DNA from: Candidatus Methylomirabilia bacterium
GTDB taxonomy: Bacteria > Methylomirabilota > Methylomirabilia > Rokubacteriales > CSP1-6
DNA: 11,163 nucleotides
NCBI GenBank assembly: GCA_041492755.1
Contig: JBGPXN010000154.1
Span: 1 to 11,163 of the forward strand
Direction of reading: 5' to 3'
The notes under the pieces are model-generated. The model ran no database searches. It had not been told where the DNA came from and saw only the letters and a program-made list of their open reading frames with translations. The first letter of the stretch is position 1, and every line of letters begins with the position of its first letter. Positions 1 through 7,427 of the stretch are shown here, in pieces. The translations under genes and the position numbers were made by a program.

Positions 1-727
1 ACGAGATCGGCGGGGACGATAGCCAGAGCCGGGACTGCGGGCAGAAGTTCGCCGTCCGGTCGCCGGAAGCTGAGCGTTCCGTCGGGGTCTCGATCGACCT
101 GATACCCCTCCTCGTGAACCGCGCGGTGGTGGCGACGACAGAGCAACGCGAGGTTCGACAGCGTGGTGGGCCCCCCTTGTGCCCAGTGGCGGAGATGATG
201 CCCCTGGCCGAACGGCAGCCCGCAGCCCGGAAAGCGGCAGCCATGGTCCCGATGGTGGAGCGCTCTCCGCAACGCCGGCGGGATCGTCCGTGTCCGGGCG
301 CTGACCTCCGCAGACGCCCGTCATGATCGTGCCGCATCACCACCCGGCCGGCGTCGCACGCCAGGCGCTGCGACGTTTCCGCGGGAACGCGCGCGCCGTC
401 CTCGAGGACGGACTGGCCCGCCTGATCCGGGTCCGCCAGTACCGGGGCGTCGACGTGAACCACCACCTGGTACCGCTCTCCCGGCGCGCCGGGATCGAGC
501 CCGTGGTGGAGGGCCGTCTCCGCGAGCAGGGCCAGCGCGTCCGCCTGCTGCTGGGCCATGGTCGGGGCGTCGTCACCTCGCGTCTCGTCACCGCGCTTCT
601 GCTCGTACAACGCCTCGCGCGCTGCGGCCAACGCCCGCAGGAGCAGGGCTCCCACTTCCGGCGCCAACCGCCCCCGGACAACCAGCATGCCGTCCTCTTC
701 CTGGTAGACGTGAAGCGCGCGGCTCGC

Positions 728-730
<3 letters not shown>
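1..730 (-). pseudogene. DUF222-domain / HNH endonuclease gene, 5'-truncated and frameshifted, runs off the window edge
   Basis: Manual minus-strand translation from 730: [34 protein letters not shown]...[12 protein letters not shown]...YQVVVHVD...RLACDA...HDGRL, a frame break at ~309-310, then [29 protein letters not shown]...[32 protein letters not shown]. The RDxGCRFPGC / HH..HW..GG.T...NL..LC..HH pattern is the HNH motif of DUF222 proteins. Not in the ORF track. Confidence 0.85.
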
Positions 731-1134
<404 letters not shown>

Positions 1135-1190
1135 GAGCCGAGAGGATGGTGGCAAGGGCGCTATGACTACGCCATCCTTGGGGTGCGAGC

Positions 1191-1364
1191 ATGCACGGAC
1201 TGATTGAACGACAGCGGGCGGCCATCGGCGAGCTGTGTAGGCGACACCGGGTGCGCCGACTCGATCTATTCGGTTCGGGCGCGCGCGCCACGGACTTTGA
1301 CCCCGCGCGCTCGGACGTCGACTTCCTGGTGGAGTTCGACACGACGGAAAGCGCGCCAACGTGA
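1191..1364 (+). pseudogene. Minimal nucleotidyltransferase (MNT, antitoxin-type), 3'-truncated
   Basis: Manual translation: [57 protein letters not shown] (57 aa). Contains the FGS..R...SDVD.LVEF Pol-beta-like motif. Shorter than an intact MNT, and its end overlaps an hsdR-like fragment. Confidence 0.8.
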
Positions 1365-1411
1365 CGATCGACTGGACGGTGCGCGAGAACGTCCGGGCGC
1401 AGCTCCGGGTG
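1352..1411 (+). pseudogene. hsdR: Short fragment of the type I restriction subunit HsdR C-terminal region (DUF3387-like)
   Basis: Reads [20 protein letters not shown], which I recognise as the conserved C-terminal segment of this HsdR family. Only 20 codons remain. Confidence 0.7.
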
Positions 1412-1423
1412 GCTATTGCGTGA

Positions 1424-1556
1424 GCCGAGGCGCTCCCTCGGCGGCCGGGAAGTTCTTCGACTCAGAGCCTGTGAGGGAATTCGAGGAGCGCCACGGCTTT
1501 GCCGGGGCGCTCCGAGTGGTGGGGGGTATGGGGGGCCATATCGGGGCCCCCCATGT
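1424..1556. repeat. Multi-hairpin GC-rich intergenic element (REP/MITE-like)
   Basis: Three stems: gccgagg/cctcggc (1424-1442); ggagcgcc-a-cggc-ttt-gccg-g-ggcgctcc (1485-1513); atggggggcc/ggccccccat (1528-1554). Ends just before the PIN gene stop codon. Confidence 0.6.
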
Positions 1557-1558
1557 AC

Positions 1559-1981
1559 TCAGGTGTCAGAAGTAATCAGGGCAAGGGCCGCCGCAGCGTC
1601 GACCACGGGCACCGGCGATCCCTTGAAGTCCCGCGGATTCCGACTGACGAGCGCGTCGCATCCGGCCGATGCCGCTGCGGCAGCAGTCACCGCATCTTCG
1701 AAGTCTGGCCAGTCGAGCGTCATCGCTCTGCGAACTACGGCGTCGTCAACAGCGGCGACCGTGTAGACCGACAGAAGTCGGTCGAGCGCTTGGCGGGCCC
1801 GCCGGCGGTCGTGTTCGCGCGCGACGAGATAGTGCACGATCGTGACCGCATGGGCCGCGAGCAACCCCGAAGCCTTGCCGCGCTCGATCGCGGCCCAGAG
1901 CGCGGCTGCGTGTGGAAAGTGCGGCGATCGCTCGAGCAGAACGTCGAGGACAATGTTCACATCTAGAAGCAGGCGCTTCAA
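1559..1981 (-). CDS. PIN domain toxin (VapC-like ribonuclease)
   Basis: LLLDVNIVLD at the N-terminus and DFEDA...A...DALVSRNPRDF at the C-terminus give the PIN acidic residues. The TTG start overlaps the antitoxin TGA (TTGA at 1978-1981). Confidence 0.92.
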   Translation of the reverse strand: MKRLLLDVNIVLDVLLERSPHFPHAAALWAAIERGKASGLLAAHAVTIVHYLVAREHDRRRARQALDRLLSVYTVAAVDDAVVRRAMTLDWPDFEDAVTAAAAASAGCDALVSRNPRDFKGSPVPVVDAAAALALITSDT

Positions 1982-2205
1982 CGGTATCTGCGAATGACGT
2001 GGCGATGGTAATCCTCGACCGATCCGCGGCGGAGAAGCCCCCGCAGTTCGTGTAGCACTGGCGGCTCTTCACCCTCCACACCGACGCTACCAAGAAGCTT
2101 CAGGTAGGTTTCGACCAGCCGAGAAACGGACGTGCGGCGAGCCCGAGCGTACCGCTTCGCGCGCTGCACGACTTTCGGATCGACGCTCAACGTGAGCTTC
2201 GCCAT
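1978..2205 (-). CDS. Antitoxin, ribbon-helix-helix-like (DUF6364-type)
   Basis: 75 aa, MAKLTLSVDPKVVQRAKRYARARRTSVSRLVETYL. Directly upstream of and coupled to the PIN gene. Confidence 0.88.
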   Translation of the reverse strand: MAKLTLSVDPKVVQRAKRYARARRTSVSRLVETYLKLLGSVGVEGEEPPVLHELRGLLRRGSVEDYHRHVIRRYR

Positions 2206-2211
2206 GCACGT

Positions 2212-2217
2212 ATTCTA
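2212..2217 (-). promoter_or_regulatory. -10 element (TAGAAT) of a probable leaderless TA transcript
   Basis: Minus strand reads TAGAAT-acgtgc-ATG: 6 nt spacer, no SD, in a locally AT-rich patch. Confidence 0.65.
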
Positions 2218-2265
2218 TCGTATGGATCGTACGTACACACACGAACCGTGACGGCGTGGGCGGCG

Positions 2266-2664
2266 CTATCGCCCCGCGCCGGGAAGCCGGCACGACAGCT
2301 TCATCCGATTCCGCGCGATCCACGCGTAGCCCCGGCGCGCGATCGGCCGCACTCCCGGCAGATCGAAGAACCCGCGCAGCCACCCCCAGCGCGGGATGCG
2401 TCGCAAGATCTCCGGCACCGCGTCGGCGCCTGTCAGTACGCGGCCGTCCGGCAACACCAGCTGCATCGCCGTCATGCAGTCGGCCTCGGGCACCTGAGGA
2501 TAGCGCTCCGCGCGCAGCGGCGAGCGGCAGGGCAGAATCTCGAACGCGGTGGCGCCGCCGGCCAGGGCGCGGCGCATGAGCCAGAGCGCGCTGGCCCGGC
2601 ACATCGGGCATTCACCGTCGTAGATGAGCACCGCCGGGCCGGAGGCGCCGGCGGCCGGGCTCAT
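2266..2664 (-). CDS. DCC1-like thiol-disulfide oxidoreductase (DUF393)
   Basis: VLIYDGECPMC (DxxCxxC), G.DA..ILR and Y.WIARNR family motifs. Confidence 0.92.
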   Translation of the reverse strand: MSPAAGASGPAVLIYDGECPMCRASALWLMRRALAGGATAFEILPCRSPLRAERYPQVPEADCMTAMQLVLPDGRVLTGADAVPEILRRIPRWGWLRGFFDLPGVRPIARRGYAWIARNRMKLSCRLPGAGR

Positions 2665-2855
2665 CGCTGGCCCCAGCGGGACAGCGTTCGATAGTAGAGG
2701 ACGAAGCCGATCGCGATGGCGACCGCGACCACCACCTGCACCGCCGATCCCACGTCGCCGCGCACCCGGAACCGCTGGCCCTGGAAGAGCGCGTAGAAGA
2801 GGAAAAAGGCGATGCCGGCGAGAATCAGGATCCGGTGCGCGGTGATAAGCCGCAC
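2661..2855 (-). CDS. Small two-TM membrane protein, unknown function
   Basis: 64 aa with two hydrophobic stretches (ILILAGIAFFLFYALF; VVVAVAIAIGFVLYY). Its stop overlaps the DCC gene start (ATGA). Confidence 0.75.
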   Translation of the reverse strand: MRLITAHRILILAGIAFFLFYALFQGQRFRVRGDVGSAVQVVVAVAIAIGFVLYYRTLSRWGQR

Positions 2856-2891
2856 GGCCCGCTCGAGCTCAGCGTCGTCGCCCGACTTCGG

Positions 2892-4271
2892 CTAGACGCC
2901 GAGCACCGCCTTGATCGAATCGCGCGTGATGCTGACCAAGCGATCCACCTCGGCCTCCGTCACCACCAGCGGCGGCGCATAGAAGACCGCGTCGCCGGGC
3001 GACGGATGCGCGCCGGGTGACGGGCGCACGCGAGTGACGAGGCCGCGCTTCATCATCTCGGCCTGCATCCGCGGCCCGACTTTTTTATCGGCCGGGAAGT
3101 TACGCTTGCTCCCACGGTCTTCCACCAGCTCGACGGCGGCCAGCAGCCCCTTGCCCCCGCGGATGTCGCCCGCGTGCGGGTGCTCGCCCAAAGTGGACCG
3201 CAGCCCTTCGTGCAGGCGCTTGCCCATGCGCGCGGCGTTGTCGTTCAACCGCTCCGTCTCCATGATCTCGATGTTCCGCAGCGCCACCGCGCAGCACGTG
3301 GGGTGCCCGGAGTAGGTGTAGGCGTGCATCCAGCGGTCTTCGGGCTTGACGTTGTCGATCGCGTCCTTGATGGCGCGGCTCACCATGATGCCGCCGAGCG
3401 GGAGATAGCCCGACGTCACGCCCTTGGCGAACGAGCGGATGTCGGGGACGACGTTCCAGTGCGACGTGGCGAACCACCGGCCCGTGCGGCAGAAGCCCGT
3501 GATGACCTCGTCGGCGATGAACAGCACGTCGTGGCGGTTGCAGATTTCGCGCACGAGCGGGAAGTAGTCGTCGGTGGGATAGATCACGCCGCCGCCGCCG
3601 TGGATCGGCTCCGCGATGAACGCCGCGACGGTGTCGGGCCCCTCGCGCAGGATCGCCTCTTCGAGCTCACGCGCCGCGGCCTGCCCCACCGTTTCGCCCG
3701 GCTTGGCGCCCTGGAACCGATAGGGATAGCACGTCTGGATGTGAACGAACCCGGGCACGCGCGGCTCGAACATCTTCCAGTACGCGGCCATGCCCGTGGC
3801 CGACATCGCCTGCAGCGTCACCCCGTGATAGCCGTTCTGGCGCGCGATGACCTTGACCTTGTCCGGCTTGCCCTTGGCCTTCCAGTAGAAGCGCGCCGTC
3901 TTGAACGCCGACTCGTTGGCCTCGGCGCCGCCGGTGGTGAAGAAGACGGCGTGGATGTCGCCGGCGAGCTCGACCAGTTTGCTGGCCAGCGTGATCGCGG
4001 GAATGCTGGAGGAGCCGACGTAGCCGGTGAAGTACGCCATCTCCTTCATCTGCCGGGCCGCCGCGTCGGCCAGCTCGGCGCGCCCGTGGCCGACGTTGAC
4101 GTTCCAGAGACCGGACAGCCCGTCGAGGTATTCGTGGCCGCCGATGTCCGAGATGGTGGCGCCCTTGCCGCGCACGTAGATGATCGGCTCGGCATTGTCG
4201 ATGGGGTGATGGAGCGGATGGATCAGGTGCTCCTGGTCGGCCTTCACGAGCTCGGCGGCGGTCATCGCCAT
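2892..4271 (-). CDS. Class III PLP aminotransferase (omega-amine/putrescine-pyruvate type)
   Basis: YLDGLSGLWNVNVGHGR, GGAEANESA, YHGVT, FIADEVITGFCRTG, FAKGVTSGYLPLG (PLP Lys), HAYTYSGHP. Start moved to the ATG at 4271 because GGAGGAG (4279-4285) lies 7 nt upstream. Confidence 0.95.
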   Translation of the reverse strand: MAMTAAELVKADQEHLIHPLHHPIDNAEPIIYVRGKGATISDIGGHEYLDGLSGLWNVNVGHGRAELADAAARQMKEMAYFTGYVGSSSIPAITLASKLVELAGDIHAVFFTTGGAEANESAFKTARFYWKAKGKPDKVKVIARQNGYHGVTLQAMSATGMAAYWKMFEPRVPGFVHIQTCYPYRFQGAKPGETVGQAAARELEEAILREGPDTVAAFIAEPIHGGGGVIYPTDDYFPLVREICNRHDVLFIADEVITGFCRTGRWFATSHWNVVPDIRSFAKGVTSGYLPLGGIMVSRAIKDAIDNVKPEDRWMHAYTYSGHPTCCAVALRNIEIMETERLNDNAARMGKRLHEGLRSTLGEHPHAGDIRGGKGLLAAVELVEDRGSKRNFPADKKVGPRMQAEMMKRGLVTRVRPSPGAHPSPGDAVFYAPPLVVTEAEVDRLVSITRDSIKAVLGV

Positions 4272-4302
4272 GTTGGAACTCCTCCCGGCTTGCGCGGAAT
4301 CG

Positions 4303-4707
4303 CTACGGGCGCGGGTACGCTCGCCGGTAGTCCCCGTGGGGAATGGGAACGGCACGCACCCGGGGCCCGCGGTACCAGTACACCCAGGCGCGCCGGCCTC
4401 GGCCGCGCGCCGGAGTCACCGTGGTGCGACGACGCTCGAAATTGTACACCCCCTCCTCTTCGTCGAGGATGGGCAGAAGGTCCCCGTCGTCCAGGCGGTA
4501 GAGCTCGCCGCGCACGCGTCCGGCACCGGCGACGAGCCCCGGATACGACCCGAGGTCCAGCAGCTCGCCCCTCACGAACGCCTCCCCGAGCGCCGTCGTC
4601 CGGCGAGTGAGGAAGCGGTGCCGCGCGTAGCCGTGCATGAGCGTGCCGTAAGCGAACAGCAGCGGGGGCGACGCCGGGCGTGCGCGGCGGTTACTTCGCG
4701 CGGGCAA
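4303..4707 (-). CDS. Gamma-glutamylcyclotransferase family protein (AIG2-like)
   Basis: LFAYGTL, LGSYPGL, V.GELY, LD.EEG and AWVYWY motifs. Start codon uncertain (TTG, overlapping the upstream gene end). Confidence 0.88.
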   Translation of the reverse strand: MPARSNRRARPASPPLLFAYGTLMHGYARHRFLTRRTTALGEAFVRGELLDLGSYPGLVAGAGRVRGELYRLDDGDLLPILDEEEGVYNFERRRTTVTPARGRGRRAWVYWYRGPRVRAVPIPHGDYRRAYPRP

Positions 4708-5257
4708 GCCTGGTGAGCGCTTCGAGCGAGCGGCTGGTGTCGATGGCCAAGCCGCCGACCTCGACGTAGCGGATGCGGCGCTGGCGGTCGACGACGAAGG
4801 TCACGCGTTTCTCCAGATTCCAGTCGTCGTTCCAGACTCCCCACGCCTTGCCGACACCGCCGAGCGGCGTCACGTCGCTGCCGAGCCGGAAGGGCAGGCC
4901 GAGCTGCTTCACCCACGCGGCGAGCCGATCCGGCACGTCGGACGAGATGCCGATGATCTCGGCGTTCAGCGCGGCGTACTTGGCGGCGTCATCCCGGAAC
5001 CGGGAGAATTCGAGGTCTCACCCACCGGTGAACGCCTTGACGAAGAACGCGACGACGACGAAGTCGCGCTGGGCCAGCGATTCGCCGAGCCGGAACGGCT
5101 TGCCCTGATGATCGGGCAGCGTGAAGTCCGGCGCCACGGTGTCGACGGCGAGCGGCTTGTCGGCGGCAGCGGCGGGCGCAGGGGCGATGGCCGGCGCCCA
5201 GACGGCCACGAGCGCAGTGATGGCCGCGACGGCGGCGAGGATTTCGCGGAAGGTCAC
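4691..5257 (-). CDS. Selenocysteine-containing peroxiredoxin (AhpC/TSA, BCP-like) with N-terminal signal peptide; Sec at TGA 5018-5020
   Basis: ORFs 5018..5257 and 4691..4936 are in one frame, separated only by TGA: APDFTLPD...VVAFFVKAFTGG-U-DLEFSRFRDDAAKYAALNAEIIGISSD...LPFRLGSD...KRVTFVVD. The TGA occupies the peroxidatic TxxC position. 188 aa in total. Confidence 0.9.
4989..5020 (-). promoter_or_regulatory. Putative bacterial SECIS element (peroxiredoxin)
   Basis: mRNA: UGA GACCUCGAAUUC UCCCG-GUUC-CGGGA UGA. 5-bp stem, extendable over one bulge. The apical loop begins with GU after 17 nt from the UGA. Confidence 0.7.
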
Positions 5258-5913
5258 GGGCCGTTTCCGCCGGCCGCCTGGAGTACCGCGGCCAGGAACT
5301 CGGGCTCCGGCAGCGCCCCTTCGAACTCCACGCGGTCGTTGATGACGATCTTGGGCACGGCCATCACGCGGTAGGCGCGGCTGAGGTCGGGGAACTCGGT
5401 GGCCTCGATCGCCGTCGCGCGCACCCGATCTCCTGCAACCGCCATGTGTTGTGCCAGGCGCACGGCCCGGGGACAGTGCGGTCAGGTGGGTGTCGAGAAC
5501 ACCTTGATGTCGACGTCGCTGGTCAGCGCCTGCAGCGAGGCCTTGGTCTCCTCGGACAGCGCGGGCTCGCCGGTGGACGCGACGATCATCGAATCGATCA
5601 GATTGCCGAACTCGTAGCCCGACGGCACGCCGTAGAACCGGATGCCGTAGTCGCGGGCGCCCTCGACCACGATGGCGGGCACGCGGTCGACACCGTAGCT
5701 CTCGGCGCGCGCGCGATCGATGGCGAGGTTCAGCACCTCCACGGTGGCCTTGTCGGTGAGGGCCGCGACCTCACGGACGAGCTGCTCGTTCTGCCGGCAC
5801 AGGTCGGCCGCTCCGGACAGCGTCTCGGAGAAGACCACCAGCTTGATCGGATCACGCATCTGCTCGAACTGCTTCCGAACCTCCGCCTCGTCGCGCGCGT
5901 TGAGCAAAGCCAT
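5254..5913 (-). CDS. Selenocysteine-containing protein-disulfide oxidoreductase (two thioredoxin folds; PDO / AhpF N-terminal-domain-like); Sec at TGA 5482-5484
   Basis: ORFs 5482..5967 and 5254..5463 are in frame: IKVFSTPT-U-PHCPRAVRLAQHMA...IEATEFPDLSRAYRVMAVPKIVIND...FEGALPE, a UxxC redox motif. Also has IRFYGVPSGYEF and two cis-Pro-type loops (RVPA, AVPK). 219 aa from the ATG at 5913. Confidence 0.92.
5436..5484 (-). promoter_or_regulatory. Putative bacterial SECIS element (PDO)
   Basis: mRNA: UGACCGC-AC-UGU-CC-CCGGGC-[CGUGC]-GCCUGG-C-ACA-ACACAUG-GCGGUUG. Upper stem CCGGGC/GCCUGG, loop with GU at positions 2-3 starting after 17 nt from the UGA, lower stems UGU/ACA and UGACCGC/GCGGUUG. 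Confidence 0.72.
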
Positions 5914-5919
5914 GGCGTG

Positions 5920-5925
5920 ATTATA
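5920..5925 (-). promoter_or_regulatory. Consensus -10 box (TATAAT), probable leaderless promoter of the selenoprotein genes
   Basis: Minus strand reads TATAAT-cacgcc-ATG(5913), no SD. The hexamer contains the TAA stop of the upstream gene. Confidence 0.7.
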
Positions 5926-7408
5926 CCGACTCCGGCGTGGTTGGCGACTCCTCAACCCGACAGTCAATCACCGCGGGCAAGCCGCCGACGAGCGTGCGCG
6001 CGAGCGCCTGAGAAAGCTCGTGTTCGCGCGCGACCGTGGCCGTCGTGCAAATCGCCAGCGGTTCGCCTCGCGGATTGAGGACCAGGACGGCGAGGGGAAC
6101 GCCCGCCGCCATCGCCGCCGCGACGTCGCCCGCGCCCGCCGCCACGCCGGCCGCGTCGGTGAACGCGAGCGCCGCGTGTCCGGGCCGCGCGAGCGCGAAC
6201 GCGACCGCCGCGGCGACGGCGAAGCCGGGCGGCGACGGCGGTAGCGCGGTCAGCAAGTCGTGGGGCGCCACGCTCTGCCAGCCATCCGCGACCGTGGCGG
6301 CCACGGCGGCATCGGCGGTGGCCGCGCTCCCCGCCGGGCTGAGATCGCGCGCGGCGCGGACGAGGGCGCTGGCCGAACGGCTGCTCGCGCTCCGCCCGAC
6401 CACGAGGCGTTTCATGCGGTCCAGCGCCGCGACGTCCCAATCGGCCGTGGTGCGGCCACGCAGTCGCGGCGCGAGCTCTTCGACGACGAGCGCGATGTCG
6501 CCGACGACTTCCAGCGCCGGCGGCAGCGCCGCCCATGCGTGCCCGCGGGGCGCGCTGGGCTCCGGTGAGGCACCCGGCGCGATCGTCACCGTCGGTGCCG
6601 CCGGCGGCGCGATGTCTCCGATCTCCAGGCCATCGACGCCCACCGCCAAGACGAGGTCCGCCTGTCGAAGGAGCTGCGTGCCCACCGACGCCGGGGGATA
6701 CGGGCCGAGCGCGAGCGGATGGGGATCGGCAACGACGCCGCGCGCCTTGAGTGTTAGCAAGACTGGCGCCGGCAGCGCTTCCGCGAGCGCGCGCAGCCAC
6801 CGCGCCTCAGCCTCGCCGCGCGCGTGCATTCCCACGACGATGACGGGCCGCGTGGCGGCCGCCAACCGGTCGGCGAGATCGTCGAGAATGGAGGTATCGG
6901 GCGCGGGAGGCGCCGGAGGCCGGACGGCGGTGGCGACCGGAACGGCGGCGGCCGCGAGCGCGCCCGCCCGCCACGTCACGCGCACCGGCCCCCGCGGAAA
7001 GCCGAGCGCGAGCTGACAGGCGTGCGCCGCCCAGTGCCCGGCGGATTCGGGCTCGATGACGACACGGCCTTTCCATCCGGCATCGGAGTCGTCGGGCGGC
7101 GCCGGCGAACCATTCGCGGGCACTTCGGCGGCGACGAGGAGCGGCGCCCGATTTCGCGCGGCGCCGGCAACGGCGTCCGTCACGTCCGCCCCGGCCGGTA
7201 CGAGGGCAACGCCAGGGGCGTCGGTCATCTCGCCGGTGACGGCCGCCATCAACGCGGCGCCGTTCACCGTTCCGGCGGCCGTCACCGCACAGTCGCGCGC
7301 GCGCGCGCGGATGAGCAGCGGATGGTCGAACGCGATGCCGGGCGCGACGAAGAGCCGGATCACCCCGGCCCGGATCAGCGCGTCCAGCAAGACGTCGGCG
7401 ACGGTCAT
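5921..7408 (-). CDS. Thiamine-diphosphate-enzyme (acetolactate synthase-like) homologue with degenerate cofactor motifs
   Basis: N-terminal MTVADVLLDALIRAGVIRLF..PG, GAALMA...PGVALV and GPV; central RPVIVVG, APVLLTLKARGVV..HPL.LG and ADLVLAVG; C-terminal GFAVAAAVAFALARP, VPLAVLVLN and PAVID. Confidence 0.82.
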   Translation of the reverse strand: MTVADVLLDALIRAGVIRLFVAPGIAFDHPLLIRARARDCAVTAAGTVNGAALMAAVTGEMTDAPGVALVPAGADVTDAVAGAARNRAPLLVAAEVPANGSPAPPDDSDAGWKGRVVIEPESAGHWAAHACQLALGFPRGPVRVTWRAGALAAAAVPVATAVRPPAPPAPDTSILDDLADRLAAATRPVIVVGMHARGEAEARWLRALAEALPAPVLLTLKARGVVADPHPLALGPYPPASVGTQLLRQADLVLAVGVDGLEIGDIAPPAAPTVTIAPGASPEPSAPRGHAWAALPPALEVVGDIALVVEELAPRLRGRTTADWDVAALDRMKRLVVGRSASSRSASALVRAARDLSPAGSAATADAAVAATVADGWQSVAPHDLLTALPPSPPGFAVAAAVAFALARPGHAALAFTDAAGVAAGAGDVAAAMAAGVPLAVLVLNPRGEPLAICTTATVAREHELSQALARTLVGGLPAVIDCRVEESPTTPESV

Positions 7409-7427
7409 CCGCCGCCGCGGCGGCGGC

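Noticed and set aside
4272..4355. N-terminal extension of the class III aminotransferase
   Set aside because: Overlaps the cyclotransferase gene, and a strong SD supports ATG 4271.
3174..4610. Long antisense ORFs (also 6036..7016, 7056..8090, 9422..10819 and similar)
   Set aside because: Shadow frames of well-supported genes in high-GC DNA, with no recognisable motifs.
4691..5967. Four separate small ORFs or two nonsense pseudogenes
   Set aside because: In-frame continuity, TGA at catalytic positions and SECIS-like hairpins favour Sec readthrough. The 5967 start extends past the -10 box into the upstream gene.
7294..7308. (CG)n run as a Z-DNA or regulatory element
   Set aside because: Lies in coding sequence (RARAR) and is expected at this GC content.
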